Position numbers and translations under genes: made by a program. Below are positions 53,601 through 64,000 of a DNA stretch of 64,000 nt, in pieces. The stretch spans positions 23,061,648 through 23,125,647 of the forward strand of contig NC_092673.1 in assembly GCF_964355755.1 (NCBI RefSeq). The letters are read 5' to 3'. Source of the DNA: Antedon mediterranea. Taxonomy: Eukaryota; Animalia; Echinodermata. The number at the start of each line of letters is the position of its first letter. The stretch's first letter is position 1. Below the pieces are notes generated by a model that worked only from the letters and a program-made list of their open reading frames with translations, was not told where the DNA came from and ran no database searches.

Positions 53601-53860
53601 GTGTGGCTTGTCTCGCCTAGTGGCTCTTTGCACTAATGTTAATCTTTTCAATAAAAAACACAGGGGAGTGGTATCCATATTTATTTAGAATTTAGAAGGG
53701 CTCTGTTCGACCTGGTAGGATGCGTCCCACTGTCCAGTTCGTTGTGGAACATGTATTACATGGCAAATATCTACAGTATACCTAGTATATACCTGCTATA
53801 GCAGTAAGCTGCCTTCACATGAACTCGTCTAGGTATTCACTTAACCATTCTCTTTTAACA
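47686..53860 (-). repeat. Tandem array of ~760-bp units (8 plus a partial unit) built from transposase fragments
   Basis: Units start at ~47686, 48263, 49023, 49786, 50541, 51301, 52062, 52824 and 53586. Each carries PNASLSYVESKIVHKCNKTLEWL...ALKAQLNVRK, resembling the C-terminus of an unclassified (possibly hAT-related) DDE transposase. Confidence 0.9.
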
Positions 53861-53960
53861 CCCTTCATGACATTAAGTTACGATTTATTAATTCCAGCTT
53901 TGACTGCTTCAAGATGGCGGCACACCACCACCATCTTGAATTATTGTGAGTTCGATGTCG
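53812..53960 (-). pseudogene. Merlin (ISXO2-like) transposase C-terminal relic
   Basis: NVMKGVKREWLSEYLDEFM*R matches the ISXO2 YLDEFMWR motif. Duplicated at ~47966-48013. Confidence 0.55.
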
Positions 53961-55305
53961 CTTTCTTCACCATTGCTTTTTTGATGTACACAATTCTACC
54001 TTTTTGCTGTTTAGGAGGTATATTGATAATTCGTGGGGTTTAAATTAGCTTTACCTGCAAAAACCTAACCATAAGCTAAAAAGAAATTTACATTAGAGTT
54101 TGGATTTGTTTGTATTCCGGCCCATGGTGCCACACGTCACCCGCTGCGCCGGGGGATGGATCGAGGCTAAGAATCAAACTTTTCTTTTAACGACAAATTA
54201 CAGTTACAACTTAAATAGTATTATATGATCTGGAACTAAATAATTTGACTTAACTCACCACGTGGACAAGATCGATGACTTCCTACAGGTACCCCTACAC
54301 TGCCTTCATCTTGAAATCCAGATTAACTTTTTTTATGGTGCAATGTGAGAGCATTGGTCTCCTTCATCTTCTTCCTCTTGCATTTTAACTTGTGTTGTTG
54401 ATCATCCAATTCAGGAACATTCAATTGTTGCTCAACAAATCTTTCTATGATTGAAAATTTTGTTAAGCTCTTCCATTATACTTAGGCCTAAAGTAGTTGG
54501 CTATTATTATCTTTGGCACCATTCGGTAAATCTTAATCAGTGACCCCCATTGCATTTTAACTCATGAAATGTCAATGAATTGACAAATGATGGTTATTAT
54601 TTCAATCATTTATACAATACCTGTATAAGAATTGTACTTGTGATACTAGTGAATATCATTTGTTTTATATGATTATTCGGGCACAATGTTTGTATTTCTT
54701 AAAGGCTAAGAATTATGCAATTAAAGTAACTTTATCCTTTAAAAATTGGTTTCTTTGTGTAGTGTCTTCTGTGGTTCCACTGTACTAATTTTGTTCCTAT
54801 CATTTATTGAGTGAGTGAGAAGGTGTAAAATTGTCCAGTATTTCCCACTGGACATAATCTTTGCAATGCCTTTCTGTTATGAAAGATGGTTGCACAAGAT
54901 GGCATGTCGGTTGCCTGAAAGCACACTGTGTTATCCTTTTTCAACTGTCGTGATATTATTACAACTAAATTTCTAATGCGATGATATTCCTATTACGATC
55001 ATCAATACCTGTAAATCTATTTACAGTATTTCCCACCAGGAAGCTAATATGAAAATGCCTTTCTAATTAAGTCAGGTTGCCCAAGATGATTCTACACTAT
55101 ATCAGATTGCGCCTGTATGCTAATGATGATGAAATACCTATTACTAACATCAATATCTGAAGAACCTCTCTATTTGGCAAGTCTTTACACACAGCAAAGG
55201 CATCTTATGGCTCATGACATGAGTGACCCCCACCAATGATTATTGGTAATAGTAACCAAGAATTTCCTCATTTCTGTCTTAGTGGTTTTTTAACTTAAAA
55301 GTGTA

Positions 55306-55520
55306 CTATCTGCATTTGAACTTAATTGTCTGTGAGCTCGTCTTCTCTCGGCTTAAAACAAGCAGCGCCAAACTGCTTCTGCACCTGTAGGATGGTTGCC
55401 GTGATTTTGTCTGGACACAATGGCTTCTTATTTGCCAATTCGCCATTTCTTTTTCAGTAAAAATAACTGACATCAGTGCTTTTAGCAATGAACTTGACTT
55501 TTTTTTCTTAGAAGGCTTTC
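55306..55520 (-). pseudogene. BEN-domain-like fragment
   Basis: SLLKALMSVIFTEKEMAN resembles the BEN LxxxLFTxEEM motif. Confidence 0.4.
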
Positions 55521-58429
55521 GTATGCGCTAACCTCCATGGTGTAGCAATGTGTAATGTAGACCACCTATGGTGATGATTGACATCTAAAATTTCTTGTGT
55601 TACCTTCATATTCCATAGCAGTAGCTAACCCCTCATGATTTACACTGCGATCCAACTGATGCTACAGTTCCTTCACTATTTCTTTTATGGAACTCGACTT
55701 CCTTTGAAGCTGTGTCTGCCTGCTTGTTTGCATAATATTTTTCTGAAGAATTTATTACAATGTTAAATGTTTGTTTTATTTGTTCTGATTTGGTAAAACT
55801 TTTTTGACCATACAAAGATTGAATTGCTTAAAAATAATAACAAGTTAAAATACTTTTTAAATTTATGTAAATCTTAACAACATGCACATTGAAAGAATAA
55901 CTTTTTAGATTATAATCTTGTAAAATTTCAATCAAGGTGATTTCTGAACACGAATTGGTTCCTCTGTGAGAACAGTCTTGTAAAGAGTTCACTGTATTTT
56001 TTTTAAATGAAAATTGTTACTTACCCAATGTGTTGTTTTATCATATTTTACCAAGGTTATGTTAACCTGATGTTATAGCTAACACTGGTCTTAGATTATT
56101 AATTGATGTTAACCAGCCTCTTCTATCTGTTGTTTGAATACATCTGAGTCCCAGTGATTTTATCATTGCTTTAAAATAAGCCATATGCTGATTAACAATT
56201 TACAAGGAATTTCTTCAAGCAAAAGAGCAAGTGAAGAAGGATGTTCGATGGCAACAATGCTTATGAGCAACTGAAATCTAACCTCGCACTAAGGCAACTT
56301 ATGTAGTAGATGTGTAAAAATATTGTGTAATGTTACCTGTAATGCAGCCTTTTTCGTACACTGGAAAAATACTATACTACACAATAATAAGTGCTACTGT
56401 ACAACAACATAAGAGATGGATAAGATGAGAAAGTTGATAAACATCTATTAAAATCCAGATTGAGTAGTATGTGATACTACTGTACAGTACATTCAAAAGT
56501 TGTATTATATTGTACACAATGTGGACTGGTCATTGGAATCGCATCTCTGAATTATAACCAAATACACAGAGGAGAAACATTCAAAACATTGAGACATGAT
56601 TATGCAAGGGCTATGACGAGATTGAGTTGAAATTAATCCAGACATGTCGTGAAAAAGAAGTGGATAAAATGGATTGTCAATGTCAAGGAAAAATGATATT
56701 CTTCAAAATCAAATATGAATACTGTACATATGGTATATGATGATATATATATATTGGAAGAATGCTAGCTGGAATCACTTTAGGACTGCCCAGAAGCATT
56801 TGAATAACAGATATTCAGTGGTCAATCGTGTTAAATAACATGCCTCGAAAGTCAGATCAAAATCATTGTTTACAGATATAACATCAGAGTTACTTAATTT
56901 TGGTAAAGTATGATAACACATAAAACATCAGGTTAGTAACAACAGTTTTACCAAAATAGAAACAAAAAGAAACGCAATAGAAAAAGAAACAAATGTACCA
57001 TACTCATTTTAAAAGGTCTCAAAAGACCTTATTATGTTTATCAATTTGGAAATATTCAGAAGAAACAAAGTGTGAAGAAATTATCCAAATGAGTGTTTAA
57101 AAATTATTTTTATTCTTTAAGAAATTGATGTATGCTTTGGCGACCTTCTTGTTAAGACCAATTTCTTAAAGAATTGTAAAACGTTCGCCATTTTTCCCAG
57201 ATTTATTTTTATTATATTTGAATGTAACACTATTTCTAAAAAATATCCTATTTTACATTTTACAAACATATTTCGGGGGCTCACGATTTACAAATAAAAG
57301 AAAGTTATATTTAAATTGATGCGATATAATATCAAAATTGTCCAAATTGTAATTTTTGTATTGTTCAATTTTAGTACATATTTCATTTTTTTTTTCAGTT
57401 TCTTTAATTTAATGAATAAACAACTTTTCCCTGTTCTTCTGTACCTTCTCTTTTTTTTGACCCATTTATCATATTCATAGCTGAACTTGGTATTTGGCTA
57501 TAGTTTTTAGTACCCCGTACGTAAAAAATATTTCGGTGGTATTTCATCCTTTTACTGAAACTGTACGCGAGCCGGAAGTCCGTGTTTGACCCAAGTATAC
57601 TGAGCGTGTGCGCTGTAACTCCACTCTTGTTATTTTTTTTGTTGTAATGCTTTCGCAGGCTCTTCAGCTTTGAGTTTACTTGTTTTAGAGACAAGTCTAT
57701 GCCGTAATTCTGCTTTATTTTTAGTTTTACGCCTCACTTTCTACTACTTTGTACCTGGTTTCGATCCATTAGGTAATGAGGAACAGCTGTGTGGCTCGAT
57801 CTCCTAATATTCTGTCCAAAACCTCGTAATGGGAACAAGCAATTCTGTCCCTCCCAGACTCGGAGTTATTTTTTTTCCAATGTTGTTATTCCATAATCCT
57901 GCTTAATTTTTTTAGAAATGTCTTTATAAATGTGGTGGCCTTTTAGTTATCCGGAAATTTTAGCTTCCCCTCACAGATTTATATCTATATACTACAGTAT
58001 ACACAAAATCAAATCACTTTCATAATGTCACAGATAAAAAAATATAGGCCATTTTCTATTGGCAGCCGAAAAGGGTACAGAAAATACGGTAAAAATTTTT
58101 AAATACCGTAGTTTATCCACAAATTTGGTACGGTATTTTTTTTGTGACCATCAACTTCGACGACTGGAGGATAATAATAAGTATATAATAAAAAGTCCTC
58201 AATCGAATCACCACCAGGAGAGATGTACTGTAAATGTATTTGTGGCTTGTCTTCTGGGATTGTCATTTAATAGTAAGAAACGTTCAAATAAATTGTGAAT
58301 GTTGCATTTCTTTTCCATTTTCCACTACCGAGTCTACCATCAGTTGCCTTTATGCAGTATGCAGTTACCTCTGTTCCACTCTTTGTTAGCTTGCAGTAAG
58401 TCTATAAAAAAAGTTCTATAAAAAAAGTT

Positions 58430-58630
58430 CTCGCCTAACAGTTCCTTACTAGTCTAGGCAAATTTTCTTAAAACATTCTGTTAATGCAATACATTCCAGG
58501 TCATTTACTCTCTTTCTTGTACAGTAAATTCATCTGCCGTGTGTCAACAGCGACATTCCTACAGCATAAGCCTACAATTGCCGCAATGGCACCATTCGGT
58601 TGTATTCAACCTGCTAGGCCTTGGTGGTTA
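58430..58630 (-). pseudogene. KolX N-terminal Cys-rich relic
   Basis: SRLNTTEWCHCGNCRLM..ECRC...DLECIALTECFKKICLD, with stops and frameshifts. Confidence 0.6.
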
Positions 58631-58794
58631 CAGCCTAGCCTGTTGTTGCTGTCCTATCTGCAGAACTAACAGTGTACGATTCAAATCAAGCAGAGACAAA
58701 ACCTGGAGAAAACATCCGTTTGCATATATGCATGAGATTCTGTGACGACACGCTTCAACGTCACTTACTTTAGCTGCATGCGAAGTAGTCACTG

Positions 58795-58955
58795 TTTTAA
58801 ATCGGTCGGATATAAATACGTCCAGACACAGTTCTATCTTTGATGTTTTTTTGTGTGTATGCACAACTTCTTGCGACTAAAATCCTATTGTTTCCGGAAC
58901 ATGAAAGCAGCTCATAGCCACCACCTTCTGTAAGCTTTGGAAATAACTCCATCAT
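58795..58955 (-). pseudogene. Fragment of the N-terminal domain of G2E3-like HECT ligases
   Basis: ELFPKLTEGGGYELLSCSGNNRIL...YTQKNIK...GRIYIRPI matches the FPKL..GG.ELL / YIRPIQ motifs (recalled). Confidence 0.5.
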
Positions 58956-61008
58956 TACTTACTTCCTTGGATGGTGACAAATTAGAATTTCAATTATTTC
59001 AAGTTTTAATTCAAACTCTTTATTTCAAGTTTTAATTCCAACTCCTACCTCTACAGACATTGATGTTGTCGAATCTATCCGCTTGACATTTTTGTATTCG
59101 GTTACCAAAACGCCACTCGCTTGTATCTTTTGGTCCATGACCAGATCTATGGACGTGTGGGTTCCCCACAAAGATAGATCCACCGTGTTTGGCCCATCTG
59201 TTAGTTGGATGTAATGTTTTAAATAGTCCTGCTATTGATCACAAATTATTGAAATGATGGTGGCTAGATCTTAATGAAAACGATAAAGCAAAAGGCAGAA
59301 AAGTACTAAATATAAACGCAGGGTAAAACATTTAAAATTGTATATAAAAGTAAAACTTACCAATGACAATCTTTTTTTTTTAAGATGAAAAACATTCTTT
59401 TCGTTTTCTTTTTTGTCCTTTTTTCAGTAGTGTATCTAATTCACATGGATTCCAAACCTGATTGTCATGCTTGCCGATTGTACAGCAACTAGCAAGTCGC
59501 TGACAATACCCAGCTCTCTTGCTGGATCGTTGTGGAATGTTTTTCAATTAGAATCCACCAACCATTCTCTTTGGTAAACAAGATTCCATGTATAGCATAA
59601 TCGCATTCAGTGATAGCGGGCTCACTTCAGCTGCGACATCCTCCGCTATGCCCTGTTGTTTGCGTGGAGGATGACAAGACGGCTACGGGGCCTTCTTTCC
59701 TCGTACCCATTTTTTAATTTGGTGGGTTCTTTGGCCTAGCACCACCAGTTGATGTCGGCTGCTTATTTGTTTTTTTTTTAATGAATCCGTGTCTGCAGTG
59801 CTTGTATTTGTGGTCGGGAACTTTTTTTAAAAAAAGTACTGCCTCCCTGCTGTCTCCATTAACCACTCCTTAAAGAACAATTCTAAAATACTCCTTTCTG
59901 TTAAAATAGTCTTGTGATTGATCACGGGAAACAGACCATGCAAGCAGTTGATTTCGCACAACCAAATTGATTCGCGGTCTTGTTGAATGGCATTCCAGTG
60001 GATAGTCTGTACTGAATTTTGTTTCAGTGTAATAATAATACTCAACTTTTAACTCATATAATGTTGGGGATGATGCTGGAGAGGTTGGTGATGATGGTGA
60101 TAGTGATGTTTGTTATTCTTGTTAATTTAATCATTTCTCTTTCTCTTTGTCGATATTTTTTGTCTGCTTATTTTCAATAGTCAGATTATACAATTTCACC
60201 GACTACAAAAATTAGCTTCTACTTAATATTGGCTTGATGAAATACTTTATATTAATGTAAACTTCTCTTCTTCTAAAAATTCTAATAAATAGCAGATTCA
60301 AATAAAAGTGTGATACAGTACACCATCTGCCGCCCAGGAATTGAATCACGCATTTCACATTCTTTATTCAGTTACCCCTCGTAGATACTCTCTTTTGAAG
60401 AACCTAGGCCTATGGTAGTGGGTATCATCTGGTTTTGGATACCGCAAAATTTAGGATAGCAAACTCCATAGCTTCTTTAATTTGATACCTTTTATGCTTG
60501 ATATTAATTTTTGGAGCAGCACTCTGAGAAATATAAATTACAGTATAAAATTGATGTGTGCCTTCATTAGTTATTAAACAAATACATAATTCTATTAAGC
60601 ACAGTCCAGCTCATTTTTTCACTACATGGTCATTTCAGTCAAATTATCTAAATCCCTCTGTAGTAGGACCAATCAATGAGTGCATGTAATAAAATACATA
60701 ACAATGCTAATACTTATCTTCCACAAATTCCTGTCACTGCAAATCTCTAACAAATGAAGCCATGTGGGATGAGGCGCATTCTCTGTTGTTTGTAATGCCG
60801 TACTACAGCAGATGTACTTGCTGCCAGTTTCCATTTTTACGGTGGTGGTGATCGCTTCTTCATTCTCTTTAAAGGAAGCTGTATACAATTAAATTTCAAA
60901 ATCAGTTTTCTGCTATTCGTGTCTTCCAGACCTTCACAGAAATTTTCAAATAAAGTAAAAAACAGAAAAATACTAAATATAAACACAGGGTAATTGTGTA
61001 TAAAAGTA

Positions 61009-61123
61009 ATTCCAACTTTTTATTTCAAGTTTTAATTCCAACTTTTTATTTCCAGTTTTAATTCCAACTCTTTATTTCAAGTTTTAATTCCAACTCTTTA
61101 TTTCAAGTCTTAATTCCAACTCT
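61009..61123. repeat. 26-bp tandem repeat (LINE-tail-like on the minus strand)
   Basis: ATTCCAACTCTTTATTTCAAGTTTTA x ~4.5. The same motif occurs at ~58995-59045. Confidence 0.8.
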
Positions 61124-61558
61124 ATAAAACAAAGTTATTAGTACTGTTTTGAAAATAGTCAAGTAGATCCTGATCAGATTTAACATCACTTTGTGGTGGC
61201 CTATAACATACATAAGTCAAAATCGTCCAGTTTGAAACTTGTATTTCACACCTTATCACATCTGACAAGAGATCATTACAAATACGGGAATCAACTAAGT
61301 GTATAGAATTAGATATGTAAAGAGCACATCCGCCGCCATGGCGGTTTCTATCATTTCTAATAGGTTCTTGATAACCGTCTAGTAAAATGTCATGGTTCAA
61401 GATAGTTTGATCTAGCCATGTTTCTGTTAAAGCAATAATATCATAGTTATTTAAATTTGCTAGGTGTTGAATTTCAGCTAGTTTACCTGGAACGATTAGA
61501 CTACGTATGTTAATATGGCAAACTGTAAACTGTTCCGGACCAGGATTTGGATGTATAT

Positions 61559-62220
61559 TTATTCTTTATTCCATTTATTCTTTATATCAAACCAACAGTG
61601 TAAAACACCAATAACAGGTTGAAAATAAAAGCTAAACTATAAAATATGAGCCAATATAAATATATACAAATGAAAAAGAAAATTTAAATAATTTAAATAA
61701 TAATAATTTCATTAATAATACATTTAAATTGAGAAAAATTACAGTTAAAAATATCTAAAGAATTATTTTTTTAAATACAAGAATTGTACAATGACGAGAG
61801 TCTACAGAAAATACCATTTTTACAAACATTGACACGAGAAAATTTAACATGAAAAACGGGTTTACTACGAAGATTACGAACAGGAACATTAAAATAAAAC
61901 AACGAAACAAGATCACAATCAAACTTAGAAGTAAGACATTTATACAGGAAGTGCAAGTCCTGTCTTGCTCTCCTAGATGTCGGGGAAACAATAGGAGGCA
62001 GGTTGGCTGCTGGGCCGACAAAGCGCAAGAACTTGTTATGGGTCCGATCAATTCTGGAGGCTTTGAGAAGCAGAGAGTGAATTGTAAATAATTGAACAGA
62101 AATTAAAAGATGGTTGGACGAGGGAAAGATAAAGCGCACGTTTGGTGTATGGAGAAAAATGTTTGCAATTGCGCCACATCAGCCCAAGCAGCCTATTGGC
62201 CTTTCTGACAACATGATCAA
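61559..62220 (-). mobile_element. 5'-truncated LINE 3' end inserted into ORF2 of the host LINE
   Basis: Post-RT motif DHVVRKANRLLGLMWRN...RALYLSLVQP...RRARQDLHFLYK...RLSSLYN, then a 3' UTR and a GAATAAA-repeat tail. Confidence 0.75.
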
Positions 62221-62571
62221 CGCCGCACATTAAAAGCATGCACATTAGAATACTTAATTTGATAGCAACATTATTGCGCCCCAAATTTATGATAAATAAA
62301 TTATCCATTATCAGTAAAAAAAATAAGTAAAGTACTCACTTTAAAAACGCTAGCACATATGAGAACACTTAGCCAAACGAACATAGTAAACATTGAAATA
62401 AAAACAAGAGAACACGTTTTTGCTATCTAAAATCAACAAATAATGGTCATATTCCGTCGGTAAGAAACGAACTGTTAATGACACAGCGCACAGTCTAAAC
62501 GTTCTTAATGTTCAGCAATCAGTCGTTCAAAATCATTTTCATTCTTGATATGCTTCGGTTTTTCTTCACCT

Positions 62572-63063
62572 TTACACAGGGCATCTGTTAGTCCAGGCAC
62601 GTTGAACTCCATCATGGTGTCTTACCTTCCAAAAGAGATTGAAATTTGCTTTTGTTAAGTCTTCCGAGATATAAACCGGCATACCCTTCAGTTTGGATTT
62701 GGCTGCAAACACATTGTTACGGGTCCTGATTGAATTGAACCGAACAATTATTGGCCTAGGCTTGTCAGTAATAGGACCGATTCGATGAGATACTTCAATA
62801 TCGTCGGACTTGAAAGTGATACCCATTTTGTCGCGAATAACCTCCGCCACCAAATCATCAGTTGACTTTGTCGAGTCCTGTAAACCGTAGAATCTAAGGT
62901 TATTGCGACGTGAATATTGTTCTAAATAGTCCAATCTGGTTTCAATATTACTGATTTGCTCCTGCAGCTTATCAAATGCTTTGTTTAATGTTTCAGTAAT
63001 AGAAGTAGTCAGCTCCTGAAGCAAGTCTTTCTTCAGCTTATCAACATCTAACTTCGGGGCCAT
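62572..63063 (-). pseudogene. LINE ORF1 (L1-type coiled coil + RRM, Transposase_22-like), frameshifted near its end
   Basis: MAPKLDVDKLKK...RLDYLEQYSRRNNLRFYGL...ISEDLTKAN...RAWT. Confidence 0.8.
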
Positions 63064-64000
63064 GATTACACTTACTTTTATACAGTACCACCACTGTTTT
63101 ACATATCGGGTCACAATCACAGCTGGTAATTTCGGCCAAATTTACTAATTTGCATAAGTGACGCAGATGTTTGGAAACCTTATTGAAGGATTTTGATTTG
63201 AATATGGCTAGCACAGTAATAGTTAACCTTGCAGTGCTTTCAACGGCGAGCCAATGGCAATAGATGCGGTATCATGGGGGTAAAATACTCACTGCTTATT
63301 TACACCGAAAAAAAAAAAATACTAAATATTAAAAACAGGGTAAAACATTTAAAATTGTATATAAAAGTAAAACTTACTAATGACAAGATGAAAAACATTC
63401 TTTTCGTTTTCTTTTTTGTCCCTTTTTCAGTAGTGTATCTAATTCACATGGATTCCAAACCTGATTGTCATGCTTGCCGATTGTACAGCAACTAGCAAGT
63501 CGCTGACAATACGTCACTTTGTTGCTGCATCCTTTTTTTCCTGTTGTTGAAATAATAACAATATGAATAACAAATGTGTAAATAATAGAGCACGGGAGCC
63601 AAGCCCATCGGGCACACAATTTGCAAATCCCGGCTATGTGAAGTGTTACCTACAAAAAAGTACCACGCCAGCCAATGCCGGGGAGAAAGCTATTATAAAT
63701 AATTGGCCTATTTGTACTAAGATAATAACGTAGTAATCTATCAAGATCAGTTTTAGGTTAAGTTAAGTCAGTATATTGTAAATGCACCAGCATCGCACGA
63801 TACAATCCCTAGCATGACGAATGTATAGTGATTCGTCAACCTAGAACTACGTATACATAACGAGTCATTCAGGTGCTTAAATACTATTCAAATGAGCCAC
63901 GCTATACGGCGACAGGTGCGAAAATTAAAATAATAATTAAATAATATTATATTGATGATAATATTTTATAAATATGGCATTACCCTGTCAATTTTCGCAT

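Larger units (their letters stand above)
61122..63300 (-). mobile_element. CR1/L2-group LINE: ORF1 plus the 5' part of ORF2 (2A-like motif and APE endonuclease), RT absent
   Basis: ORF1 62572-63063 (LEQYSRRNNLRFYGL, HRIG, PRPIIVRF, YISEDLT). ORF2 pieces 62221-62308 and 61122-61558 (HINIRSL, IIALTETWL, RNDRNRHGGGCALYI, CYRPP). Confidence 0.85.

Noticed and set aside
54780-57000. Coding-like stretches (duplicated LMxVIGISS segments, a possible protease relic)
   Set aside because: Too many stops and frameshifts to assign a family by eye.
57404-57694. 96-aa basic ORF
   Set aside because: Non-ATG start, low complexity and no recognisable motif.

Overview
This is AT-rich, intron-containing animal genomic DNA from an invertebrate. 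The gene and TE repertoire suggests a marine deuterostome such as an echinoderm, which is inference only. Most ORF-track entries are spurious or TE relics. Host genes read by hand: (1) the 3' part of a + strand multi-exon gene (5747-12610) with an atlastin/GBP-like helical region; (2) a single-coding-exon heparan sulfate 3-O-sulfotransferase-like gene (19882-21192, -); (3) a complete 13-exon AP-3 mu subunit gene (26980-35302, -, 416 aa); (4) exon 1 of OGG1 (36921-37000, +), head-to-head with AP3M. Everything from 37 kb to the end is nested TE debris: hAT-like, MULE-like and Tc1-like non-autonomous elements, a decayed ISL2EU (THAP + YqaJ), Kolobok/KolX, MULE, Merlin, BEN and G2E3-like fragments, a ~760-bp chimeric tandem array, and CR1/L2-type LINEs. 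Nearly all coding relics there lie on the minus strand. Best leads: a duplicated AP3M exon that could give a sigma-like longin-only isoform; the strand-biased TE-fragment mosaic downstream of the OGG1 promoter; directly visible transposon excision footprints; a LINE 2A-like motif split by a second LINE; and a Penelope-type hammerhead ribozyme. No CRISPR array, rRNA or intact tRNA was found. All family assignments come from remembered motifs, not database searches.
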